64,000 nt of DNA from positions 310,001 through 374,000 of the forward strand of contig JAAOMT010000034.1 of NCBI GenBank assembly GCA_016748015.1, given 5' to 3'. Shown piece by piece: positions 11,520 to 24,470 of the stretch. The position numbers and the translations under genes are program-made. The stretch is from Geosiphon pyriformis uo1. Taxonomy: Eukaryota; Fungi; Glomeromycota. Every line of letters starts with the position of its first letter. Position 1 is the stretch's first letter. The notes under the pieces are model-generated. The model was not told the DNA's origin, did not search any database, and saw nothing but the letters and a program-made list of their open reading frames with translations.

Positions 11520-13680
11520 AAAGCAAAGAGTAAAAAACTGTATCTAATATTTTTTTTAAGATATTTAATAAAATTTTAATTAAAAAAGTTCTTTCTGTTA
11601 TAGAAGCTGTTAAACAAAATGTCTTAAAAATTTTTTTTTAAGTAGTAATAATAAAAAACTGTTTCTAATAGCTATTAAAGCATTTTTTTTCTCTTTGGCT
11701 GGTTTTTTACCAGTCAAATTTTCTTTAAAAAAACATATTTAAATCAGTTTTAATATTGTTTTCATCCTTACTAAAAGTTTAAAAGTTTTTAATAATAGAT
11801 CAATTAACAAGCTGGTTTTTTCAATCATTGTTATTATATTTAATATTATTAGTACTATTTTTTGAAAATAGCCAAAAAAGTCAAGAATTTTAAAAAGTGA
11901 GAGCAGTTACTTGCTTTTGCTATTATTAAATTAAATTCTTTTGTGGTTTTAAATAAAACTTTAAATAAAATCTTTATTATATTATTTAATATATTGTTTA
12001 AGATAAATTAAGATTAACCATTAACTGTATGATATCTTTTGACAAATTTTTATTGGTTTCAAAAGTAAAACAACAGTTTTCTATTGGATTATTTGTTTTT
12101 AGAAACTGAACTAACCAAATAAAAACTGATTCATTATTTTTTTTTTGGTTTTTAGTATTGTTTTTTGAAAAATTATAATCAGTTATTAAAAATTTACTGA
12201 ATAAGTAGTCTTTACTTTAATGCTTAATACTACTTTTAAGATTAAATTGGCTTATATTAAAGCTGTTTTTTAGTTTGTATATGGTTTTTTGGATGCAAAA
12301 TTGGTTTCAAAAAACAATGTAAAGCTTTTTTATATAAAATTCACTTTTTAAAAGTCTTTAAAAACTGCTTTTTTGGTTGAGTTTACAAGCTTTATTTATT
12401 TGGCTATTTTTAAAATTGCCAAATTTTTGGTGGTTTCTAAGATTGGTTCTCTTTTTGTAATTGTTGTATTATATAATATGTCTTTAAATATATCTATAAC
12501 AGTATTTAATAAATTTAATAAGATTATTTATGTTATGTTAAAGTCTGCTAGTATTTAACAATATGTTGTGATTTATTTTAAAAAGCTGGATGCTATTATA
12601 TCTGCTTTAAATTACTAATTAATATTAATAAATAAGAATAATATTAAAATTTTTTTTTGTTAAATTAAAATAAGACTATTTTGTTTTGTAATAGATTTAA
12701 AACCAAGTTAGTTAACTTTTTTTTTGGCTGTACTGTTTTTAAAATTAGTAATATAATTTTTTAAATTAGTAATCAGATGTGTTTTATTTTTTGCTTTTTT
12801 AATTTTGGTTATTATTTCCAGTTTGCTTTGATTATATTTAAATTTTAAGCTGATTTAAATGCTGCAATAGTTAAGACTAATACACTAAAAAAATGTTATA
12901 TCTAGTAAAAAACCTCTAATTGTTAGAATTGTTTTAAATATTAAAAAATAAACTATTTGGCTATGAATTGTAAAATATTCTTACTTTTTTTTTTCAAGAT
13001 TTTTAAGATGTTTATACTATGTTTTATAAATGCTAAATTTTATGTCAAGACTTTTACTTCTTTGAGTTTTCTTAAATTTTTATTTTTAATAACTTTTACT
13101 TCTTTTTTTGAAATTGTTAATAATTTTTTGGTTTCTTTACAATTAATTTTTTTAAAATTAATTTGGCCAAATTGACTATATTAGTTGAATTTATTACTAA
13201 ATTTGTTGGTTTTTTGGTTATTGTATTTAAACAGTGTTTTTAGTTTTAAAGTCAATAAAATATTAATATATATAAGTACTTTTAATAAAATTATTAGTAA
13301 GTTAAAGCAGAAAATAATTGTATTAAAAGCTGAATATAATTATAAAAATATTAATATAATTAGTTTCTATGTAAATTTGTTTACTGTTAATAATGATGTA
13401 TTTTTTAATTTGTTATTACTTTGAAAACATAAATTAATGTTTTAAAAACTGCTAAATAATTGGTTAAATTGGTTAATAATAGTGTTATATTATTTGAAAT
13501 TATTTAAATAATATCTTTTTTGAATAAGTTTTTTTTTAAAATATCAATATAATATAGCCCAAATTGGCTTAAGTAACTAATTACATATAAAAAACACATA
13601 AACTGCATTTAGTTAAGACTCTTAGTTTTGGTTATGTATATTAAATAGTAATTGGATTGTACTTATTAAAACAAAAAAAA
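11520..13680 (+). mobile_element. ORF1-only element (HAL1-like), copy B, more decayed
   Basis: Colinear with 41410-43665 from AKSKK onward. LINE-type 3' tail ~13555-13670 and A-tail. No ORF2. Confidence 0.8.
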
Positions 13681-14024
13681 CACAAAACATTAATAGCTTT
13701 AAATATTTTTCTCTAATAAAACAATAAAGTTTTTTATTAATTAATAATAATATAAATAATTTTGATTAAAATTTATTTTTTTAAGAATAAATACAAATAA
13801 GTTTTTTAATAAATTTGTAATAAAAATTTAATTTTTAATATTATTTTTTATTTTTTTAATTAATTTTAAATAAGAATAATATTAAAAAACTTTTTTTCTC
13901 ATTCATCCCAAATTCCCAAAAAGAGTCAAAAGTTTTTTTTAAAAGAAGTTTTTTCAACATTTAGTACAATAAAACCAAACCGTTTTTTGATTTCGAAACT
14001 ACTGTTGGCCTTAGTATTGCTGTC

Positions 14025-15815
14025 ATAAAGAAAGTTATTAAAGAGTCTGGTACTGGTAGAGGTTTTAAGCCTGTTTTGTCAAGGAAAAAAAGAAAAGGTG
14101 TCACTTTGGAAGAGAGTGTTGGTGGCAAAGAGGTACCAACCAAGGTGCCTGGTGGTTATTTATGGAGTTCTGAGACTGGTGACACTATTGAGTCTGAAAG
14201 TATTGATATGGAAGAGAAATGTCTAGTGAAAAAAACTAGCTTTGACTATGGTGAAAGTGGCACTATTGCTGATGAGAATTATGATTAAATGCCTAAAAGA
14301 CCAGGTATTAAAACTAAGAAGACTTTGGGCAAGCTATTAGGAAAGATAGATTTCTCAAATCTTGATATTGATGATGATGTTCTCTTGGATGCCTCCTTAG
14401 AACTTCTTTCTCCCTTAAAGAATTTGGTTTCTGTTTCTGTTAGAAAGTCTTTTGCTTTGAATATCAGTTCGGATAAAGTAATTGAAAAATTCTCTTAAGA
14501 AAAGTTGATAATGATTAGAAGATTTTTTTCAAAAGTTAATGGTTTTAGGAAGGCTTTTACTTTCTTAAAATTTTCTGGGATCATCTGTGCTTTCTTTATT
14601 TCTGAAGTTAGCTTGGTGCAAGTTATGAAAAAGGCAAAAGCGGCAAATATTTTGGTAAACACCAATTTCAAAAAATTAAATACTCACTCAAATCAGGCTG
14701 TAATAGTTAAGAAAATTCCAGTTGAAACATTGACTAAGACTGTGCATACTGTACTATCTGAGTTTGGACTAATTAAGTCAATCAAGATGCAATTGATAGG
14801 GCTGTGGCAGAAAGCAGTAGTAGAATTTGAGCAATCGGATCATGCTGATTTGGTTACAGCTGAATGGTCTATCTTAATTGAAAAAAATGCTATGCATATT
14901 GTCAGAGCTAATTCAGACAAAGAATTATGGGATGCAAGAGATTATCATAGGGCACTGCTTTACACACTGCCAATGGGGACTAATGTTCATAATATCTGGG
15001 ACTTTGTTAGATCTGTAGGTAAGAAAACATGTGTCATCAATCACCATTCAGTTACATATGTCCGAATCAGGTGTGCTGTTGTTTGTTTTGATTTTATTGA
15101 ATTATTGGATGCTGCCAAAAAAACCACACTAGTGCTTAGGGACATTAATTTGTATTGGTCTAGTCTTATGTCTACCAAATGTGCCAAGTATGAGAAGACA
15201 GATTATATATCATTGAGCTGTACTGAAAATGAAAAAATTTTTTCTGGTAGCCTATTGTGTAGAGTGCTTTCAGATGCAAGTAAAAGCAGGCTGGCTGCAA
15301 TCTATGTCAAACAATCTGTTCCAGTTGCTCATTTTGTTTCTTTTGGTGGTATCTTTTAGGCTAAGGTAGCTGGTAGGTCTTTTTTTCCTCCTCTTTCTGG
15401 CCAGATTGTTTTGCTAAATGTTGGCTCCTCTTTGAAGATAAAGCCATTCCTACCAGTTGTAACAGAAATCAATGATAGGTTTGCTGCTCTTGAGCACAGT
15501 CTTGTTAGCTTTGAAAAGCATGTTAATATGCTGGCTAAAAAGTTGGATGCACTTGGGCCAATGGTTTCTCAGCTTAGCCTTAAATGTTAGCTATTGGTGA
15601 CTCCTTCATCACAGAATCAAGAGGCAAATATAGTGATGAGTGAGAGTTTGGGTGTGGTCACTGGTGGTGAGACTGTTGCAAGAGTAGTGATTTTCGATTC
15701 TTTTGTTATTGAGAAAATGGAGGACACTTTAAAAAATCTTGCAATTACAGTTATAGACCTTTTGGCCAAAATGGACAATACCAGTTTGGTTCCTGCTGTT
15801 TTCTCTTCTCAATAA
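14025..15815 (+). pseudogene. LINE-2 ORF1
   Basis: Start decayed ATG>ATA. Homologous to LINE-3 ORF1 (WQKAVVEFEQ, LLYTLPMG, VTPSSQNQ). Confidence 0.85.
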
Positions 15816-18800
15816 TAGAGCTAGTATAGAAGTTTACTACATGTAATGTTTGAGGTCTCAATGTCTCTGTTAAGCAAGAAGATGTTGTTCATTGGCACAA
15901 AGAGTCTGAAAATATGATATCTATTATTACAGAAACAAAATTAAGATTCAGTATCAAGCCTTAGATTGCTAATAAGTTTGAGGGGGTGTGTGTCTTTACA
16001 TTTGGCTTGGATAAAGATTTTCTCAGTACTGGGGTCACTGTGATTATAAGCAATTCTTTGGTTTGCTATGTGTCTAAGATTAAAGAGGTTTCTGACCAGG
16101 TTATTTTAGTTTGACTTTTATTCAAAGACAAGCTTTCAGTCACAGTTCTGGGTTTGTATGCAGGTGCTTCTTCTGAAACCAGATTTGGTCAGACTTTGAA
16201 GATAAACTCTGTAATTGTGGAAGCTGTTAACTCTAGCACTTTTGTGGTTTTGGGTGAGGATTTTAATGAGAATAGGTCTGGTAGGAGTGCAACCTTTAGG
16301 TTTTGTTTGGATCTGAGTTTGGTCAATTCGTTTGCCAATTATTATATAGTAAAGACTTTTACATGAAGCAATTCATAGGGAGTTAAAAAGACAATTGATT
16401 TTATTTTTGTCAGCAGAAATCTTTCTTCTGCTGTTGCTGATCATCAGGTCTGCTTTGTGTCTGGTTCTTTCAATACTAATTATAATGTTGTTTTGGTTTC
16501 AATTGGTTTGGGTGAACTCCTAGATGTTTGGTTGAATAGCTTGCATAAACAGGCTAATAAGGATCATTGAAAGTTTAAAATCAAAGATGCTGATGGTCCC
16601 AAGTGGACTGGATTTAGGAATTGCTTTTTTGTCAAGCTTTTAACAGATGCTGATGAATTTCTTGGTGCTAAAACTCATAGTAATGTGAATGCTATGTGGG
16701 CAGTTTTGGAGAGGGTGGTGGTGGAATCAGCTAACAAAACATTTTCAAGACATTGGTTTAGTGAGTTTTATTGTTCTAGGAATAAATTTTTTTCTAAGTT
16801 CTTTGGTTTGAAATTGTTAATTGCCAAAATTGTTAAAAAGTTTGGTTTGGGTGACTTATCTAGAGTTAATTGCCTTATGAGAACATGGTTAACTTTGGAT
16901 AGCATCAAGGCTTGTGCTTTCATTGACTTGGTTGATTTGGATGAGAAATCTGAGGTGGTTCTTGGATATTTATCATTGATTCATAAAGAATACAGAAGAT
17001 CTAAGATGTATGAGTCAAGATTGGTTGAGGAGGTTTCTATTAGATTGGTGGTATCAAAACATATAGAAAATTTCTACTTTGACAAAGGTAGCATGATCAA
17101 AAGCATTTTGGATTGGTTATTTTGCAAAGTTGTTTTGAATCACTTAGTGGTGGATGATAAATTGATTTTAGAACCTAAAAAAGTAAAGCTCAATATTGAT
17201 AAGATTATAGAGGGTTAAACTAAAAAACAGGCAGTATCTTTGGTGGTGCCTGACCTTTGGGCTCATCAGTATGCTCTATTGGATTATGTACAGAATTGTG
17301 CTTTTTCTAGTGTAATGGGTGCTGTTGGCTTAAGTGAGTTGCTCTTGGTTGTCAATAATTTGCCCAATGGTAAAGCTGCTGGCTTGTCTAGCATCTCTAA
17401 TAAACTTTGGAAGCATGGCAATGATAGAGTGTTAGGATATTTTTTGAGATTGTTAAATACATGTTTGTTGGTTGGTAGTGTTCCTGTTTTGTGGAGGAGG
17501 GCTTGGGTTTCAATAATTCCTAAATTTTATGATTGGGATAGGGTTCTTACAAATACACAGCCTATAGCTTTGATTGAGACTGCCAAGAAGATTCTCTCCA
17601 AAATTTTTTTGATAGGATCTCTTCTGTATACAGCAAGTTTGGTGTTCTTTGTGGTGATAACTTTTCTGTTTTGAAGAGTATGTCTATCCAATCTCTTGTG
17701 TTTGTGGTTGGTTTAGTTGTCAAAAATGCTCTAGAAAAGGATCATGAACTTTGGTTGGTTCTTTAGGACATGCACAAGGCCTATGACTCTGTAAGTTGGC
17801 TTTACTTGGATACTAGCTTACATCGGATTAAAATGTGTAATAAGTTTATCAGATTCTTTGGTAGCATACATGGTAACAGGATTAATAGGATTATGACTGA
17901 TTTCAGTCTTACTAATGAATACAGAGTTTGCAACAGCTTGGATCAAGGTAAGGTCTTTTTGCCTCTTCTCTAGAGAATTTTCTACAATTCTTTTCTATGC
18001 AAAGTTAAGAGGCATGAGCATTTGTGTAGTTATCAAATTGATACTAAGTTTGTGGCAAGAACTGGAAAAATTGAGACTAGTAGTAGGTTGTCTTCTTTTT
18101 TTGCTGCAGGTGTATTTGTGGATGATACAATTTGGGTTGGTAATTGTCAAGTGTCAATGCAGTATGCTCTGAATATTGCTAGTGAGTTTTTTGCAATTAA
18201 TAACATTTCTATTAAAAATGAAAAAACTGTGGCCATTCCTATTAATCAAGGTATTAAGATGGCTTCATTAAACATAAATGGTCAGCCAATTTCAATAGCT
18301 AGAAAGAGTAAGACTCATAGATACTTGGGTATTTTTCTATCTACTGAAGGGTTGTCTAAGCCGAGTGTAGCTAAAGCTCATTCTGATGTGCACTTTTTTG
18401 TCAATGTGGTGCTAAAAAAGGTTATTACTGACAAGCAGTTCTCTTATTTGGTTTCAGCTGTTCTACAGCCCATTGTTAGCTACAGGATCCAGTTTAATTT
18501 TGTTTCATTAAAGGTTTGCCACAAGTGGGATGCTATGGTTTAGAAAGGTCTTAGGTCTAAAACACATTTGCCATGTGATTTTTTAGTTGAAGCATTATAT
18601 TACTCCTTGTTATATGGCTTGAAGTCTTTTAAGCAATTGCAGTCAAAGTGTAAATTAGCTGCTGTAGTTTCATTTTCCAATGCTTCTGGCATTCTCAGGT
18701 ATTTATTCAATCATAGATTTTTGGATTTGCAGATTCTGGGTTGGGCTCTGCTGAACTCCTTGCAGTTCCCTATTAAGTTATGTATTAGTTCTGTGAACAA

Positions 18801-19217
18801 TTTTCTGGCTGGTGTGGTTAGAATTTTTTTGGATAATAAACTGTCTTTAACCAATAATTTACCAAGTGCTTTTTACAGTCTTGGTGCATTTCCTATATCT
18901 TCTGTATTGAGAAATGCTTTTTACTTTAGCTCGATTCATTCATTAAAACATTTTGGTATTACTTTTGGTAATAGGCTGTTTGATAAAAAGGGTCACATGA
19001 TAGATTGGAAGACTTTTTATCATTAGAAAAGATTGAATTTAAGAGGCCCTGTTTCTTTCTGGTTTGTGACTGTTTCAAAGTTTTTGATGGAGATAAACTC
19101 TTTATTGGTTGTTTCTGCTGGAAGCAGTTTTTTATCTAAGCTAGATGTTTTGAATTCCATGGAGTTTTCTAATATTCAAAGTGGTTTGCATAAAATATGG
19201 TCTGGTTTATTTGACAT

Positions 19218-20040
19218 TGTTACTCATAAAAAAAAAACAGATATAAAAAAACAGTAGACCAATAAAAAAGTAGTAGTTAGCACGTAAACATATTGCTCAG
19301 CAATATAGAGCAATGTCAGAAATCATGGCATATTGCTCAGCAATGTGAGCATTACTTGAGAAATTATAGAACATTGTTCGAAAATATGAGTGATCTTGTA
19401 GAACTTAAATTATGTATATATAGTGATAGTATTGAAAGTAGAAAAGACAGAATCTTTTAATTGGAGACCTCCCAGTTTAGATTTCATCTAAGTGACTTTC
19501 CAAATTCACAAATATCAATAAATAATTATTTACTATTTCAATCTATTCTTCACTATCAACACTTTATGTTGATAGTAATCACTACTTAACCACACTAAAA
19601 CAATAGCTCTTAATTATGGCTATTGATGGAATACTAACTTGTAATTGTATTGACTCATTTTTTTTATTTTTTTTTATTTTTTTTATTTTTTTTTATTTGA
19701 TTTTATTGTGGTTTACTAAATCAATTAAAAGGATTAAAGCACTGAGTTATTGACATTACGGATAGTCTGGTAAAAGATCCAGAAATAAGGATAGAATTAT
19801 ATATATTAATAGATAACTTACCAGAAGGGCATGACTGCTAGATTAAACTGGCCACTATGCTGAAGACAGAAATTGGGAAAACAACTTGAGGAAACAACCT
19901 AAACCAACCATAGTGAATCTCTGTTCATTATACAAAAAACTCCCCAACCAAACCTTCAGATATCAACACCAGAATACCAACCAAGTACTAAGTTATGGAT
20001 TTGTTATTTGATTTGAGATCCCAAATAATCATTTGTAACA
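19218..20040 (+). repeat. 5' LTR
   Basis: Termini TGTTAC...GTAACA, palindromic U3 repeats, TATATATA at ~19415-19422. Direct repeat of 28391-29227. Confidence 0.95.
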
Positions 20041-20042
20041 TT

Positions 20043-20060
20043 TGGTGCTCTCTGTAAAGT
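20043..20060 (+). promoter_or_regulatory. Primer-binding site (probably elongator tRNA-Met type)
   Basis: TGGTGCTCTCTGT begins 2 nt after the LTR. TGG complements tRNA CCA. The tRNA identity is inferred. Confidence 0.75.
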
Positions 20061-23000
20061 ATAATCCTACAAAAAACCAGCACCAATTACATCATCCAAA
20101 AGTGGCAGAATCAGAATCAATAGGAGCAAACCATTTAGAATTCACAAAATTCTTATTTTAACACTACTGTTAACATTTAGAATTAAACCACAGTCACATA
20201 TCAGCAGAATTAGCCTTTAATTTCTACATCAATAAGAGAATTGTCTATCTGTTAGGAACATCAGTAAATACTGAGTCAGCAAGGGAAACCTTTTACAACA
20301 AATTAATTCAAAACACTAGCCTATCAACAAACCACAATTTCGCATCTATCATCACAGAAATCAATAAAGAAATTGAATATTACACCCAACAAAGATATCT
20401 AATTACATATGTTAGTAAAAGAAAAGGAAAACTGCAAACACCAGCAGTAACACCCCAAAGGATACAACCACCCACTTAGAAGAAAACCAGAGTTGAATCA
20501 CCAACAAACTCATTATACCACTATACACCCAGAAGTGCCATCAACATTACATCAACAGATGTGTTCACATCAACTATAACATTAACATTTGGACAATTTC
20601 CATTCCAAAGTAAACAAAGAAAAGAAGATTTTCTAGGACCATATGATATGTATTTCAAAAGATTTAAGTTATGATTGCCAATGCTATTAGGACTTTGATC
20701 TCCACTACCTCAACCAGATTTTGAAACTGTGAGTTCTTGAGAAGTAATGGATTCATAAGAACAAGAAAAAAAGGAAGAAGAATTTGAAGATCAAGAATTT
20801 ATTTACCAGAATCCGATCACTGAAAACCCAGAAATTGAAACTCCAAACTTTCAAACACAGCACAATCAGAACGATCGAAACCCCAACATTAATAATCAAC
20901 AACACTTACCTCCAAGAATTGTAATTAATACACTACCAGTTCCACCAATTGACAAACAGCAACAACAACAACTACTTCAACCACCCCAATAACCACAGCA
21001 GCTGCTTCAATAGCCACAATCACAACTTCAACAACCAAACTTAGATCCAATGGCCTATGCTCCAATAGCAAAGCTTGAGAAGTTCACTGACAAAGAGGAT
21101 AATGCCCAAATATGGCTCAACAACATTAAAAAGATCATTACAGTCAATAGATGGAACAACGCAAAAGCATTCCAAGCCATCCTCTATTTCTTGCAGAATA
21201 CTGCTAACTCGTGGTATCAAAGTTTAACTGCCAAACCTCAAAAATTCCAGGAATTTAAGATTGCATTTTTAGGATATTTCAGTAATAACAACAGCATTAA
21301 CCACCTAGTAAACACTTTCACCACCATCAAACAAGGAGAAAATGAAGCAGTTACTACTTACTTAGGATGCTTTCACAGAAATCTGCACCAAATTCAGACC
21401 ATACAGGCTGATTATTTTACAGTACCACAAATCCTAAATCAATTTATCAGAGGCCTGCACAGTAATATCCTTCAACACATATGCCCAATGCATTCAGCAG
21501 ACTTTTAAGCTGCAGTTACCAATGCCAGAAATTTTGAAGCAGCTGAACTCGAAGCTAACCATGTCCAAACTGTAAATCTAGTAATGAATGGATCATCTGA
21601 ATTGAATTCCAAATTAAAACAATTCAGTAATTCCATTAACCAGAAACTTGAAGGGTACTTAGCTAACAATTATGCAATTTATTAATCACCACAACGATAC
21701 AATAATTCTAGAAATGCTAATCACTTTCAGAATCAGTTGTGTCCATTATCATTGACCAATTAACAGTGGCAACAAGAAACACATGTTTGCCACTATTGTG
21801 ATAAACAAGGACACCTACAAATCAACTGCTGTTATTGCTTAAATAACCAACGATTGGGAAATCAATATTGAAACCCCAATTGCTGGTTTTAAATTCTGAA
21901 TAACCTACCAAACTCAGAGCCATATCATCAGAATTACCTACTTATGATGCAGCAGCCACTTTATTAACCACTAGTATATCAAGCACCAATTTATTAACTG
22001 ACAACACTGGCAATTTATCAACCATAGTCACAACTCATTTATCAGCCACAGCCTTAGATAATCTATTAGCCTCAACAAATTCAAACACTGCCACAAAACT
22101 TATCTCAAAATAGAACCCAAAGACTGAGATTGACTCAACAAAGCTGGAGATTGTCAATAGTGATCCATCAACTGATCCTCAGTTCCACAGCACAACCATC
22201 AAAATTTCGACAACAGAATTTGGGCACTGAGAACTTTCAAAACCTGAATGTCCAACACTATTTAAGTCTTCTGGTTACCCCAAAAGACACTTCATCCAAC
22301 AACCTGGAAACCAACCAAGAAAAATCACCCATCAACAACATACCTCTAGCTACCATTACCAATAACGAATTACTAGCAGCAATTTTTTCTTTTGAACTCA
22401 AGGAAACCACAACAGTTCTATTATTTAGTGGAGCCATTCTTGACACCAAACCAATCACTGCCATGTACACTGATGCAAAAGTTGATGGCCATGTCATCAA
22501 ACTGATCTTAGATAGTGAATCAGCTGACAGCATCATTACACAACAACTTATGGACCAATTAGGTCACTGAGTTGATTACACTGTTAGCACTCACATAATC
22601 ATAACTGATGGGGCAACCAAAACCCCTATTGGTGAAATTAATGACTTCCCTTTTGAAGTCAATGGCATCATTATATCTATCAAAGTCCTAGTGATGGAAG
22701 CAATCCAATATCAGGCATTAGTAGGAAATGATTGATTATCTAAAACCAACACCATACTGGACTGGACGATGCAGAAGCTCTAACTTAGCCAAAATGGTCA
22801 ATACACACATATACCAGCCATGTATGGCCATTTCAAGACCACTAACTTGACAATACCACTCATCAAATTCGAGGAAGAAGAGAAAAAATTTACATGGGAA
22901 GCCTACCAAGTTTCCTGGGCCAACACAAAACACAATGAGCTACCACCAATACCTTCATGGGATGACAATGGCAAAGGAAAGCAAAGAGAAGAACTTACCT

Positions 23001-24070
23001 GAAACACAGACCAAGACTGGGAAACCAACTATGATTCAGAAGAACCAATAACTTGGGAATGAGATGAGAAGAAAAAAGAGAAAGAAAAAGTGAAGAAAGT
23101 AGAGCCACTACCAACTGCTATTTACAACCCTTACACATATACACCACTCTAACAATTAAGCTATTATCGACCAAAGCTGATATGTGTTGATTGTGGCAAG
23201 AAATTGTCATCAATGGGTGCATACTGTGGCAACAATGAGGAATACCAAATAGCAACCAAATTCTACTGCTGCACATGTATCATAGAATGTTTTGGACAAC
23301 TAAAATAGCAAGGAAAATGGGACAACAAACTTTGCTTAGCTTGTGATGAAACTCTCCTTGATAAAAGAATATGGAATGACATTTCTGGGAGAGAAGGAAC
23401 CTGTGACAAATTGTGTTAGTACACAATTCTCATAAGTGACTGGGTGCGAAAAAGAACACCTATAGATGCTATCTGGAAACAAGCAGTCAAATGTCTAAAC
23501 AGCTGTTCACATGATAATGACAAAATTTGGCGAATAGCTCTCACCAAAATTAAAGGAGTGTTACCAGAAGAAATAAAGACAATCAAAAACAACTCACCTG
23601 AATCCATAGAACTTGACTGGGACCCAGAACCAATTATAAATCTCTTGGACCCAGAACAATTCTACAAACATTATCAAGAGCTAGCACCTACAAAAGAAGA
23701 GCAGGAGCAATACTTGAAAGAAATCAACACTCAACTATGTGACCACTGTTTGATTCCATGTGACTTTTAATATTGTAATGAGTGTGACCTTATTTACAAT
23801 TCACCATCATACATAATCTACATGATCCCAAAAAAAGACAAATCAATGAGTGGCTGCACATTAGAATTGAAATCAATTCTTAATTCTGATTCAAACTCCA
23901 ATAATAATGATGATAAAAACAATAGTTCCAGCTCAATTCAATATGGTCACAATAACAGCAATTGCAACTCAGATTCAAACTCAGATTCAAATTCCAAAGC
24001 ATATATCACACTCTCTGATCTTATCAAGAAACAAGAACTGAAATAGTTCAGTGATAATAACAAAGATATT

Positions 24071-24470
24071 ATGCCTAAATGCACACATAATACTGATGCA
24101 GGGTTTGATTTGAGATATCCAGGGAAAAATCCCATCAAATTGGAACCACATTCATGCACTTGTATCGATCTAAAAATAGCACTAAAAATTCCAGCAACAA
24201 CAATGGTTCAACTAGCATCCAAGAATAGTTTAGTGAAAAAGGAGATCAACATTAGAGAAGGAATAATTGACACAGGATATGTAGGAAATATTATTGCTAT
24301 GCTACAAAATGACTCAGAAAAAGCATATATCATAGATTCAAATAAAAAGATAACACAGACAATATTCTTACCTCTGGTAAAAGTAGCTCAATTAGTCTCA
24401 ATAGAAAACAGAAAAGAACTAAGAATCACAGCTAGAAGGATACAGGGATTTGGATCAACAGGTAGAATAA
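24071..24470 (+). pseudogene. Retroelement-encoded trimeric dUTPase domain
   Basis: Motif I (DAGFDL), motif III (GIIDTGYVG) and motif V (RRIQGFGSTG) are clear; motifs II and IV are decayed. Confidence 0.9.

Noticed and set aside
9193-13424. Hydrophobic F/L/I/K/N-rich ORFs as membrane proteins (also 38434, 56503)
   Set aside because: They are products of C>T/G>A decay of ORF1 sequences.
21890-22230. Programmed gag-pol frameshift at GTTTTAAAT with a Ser/Thr-rich alternative frame
   Set aside because: Gag, the IYQP repeats, protease, dUTPase and RT already share one frame, so no shift is needed.
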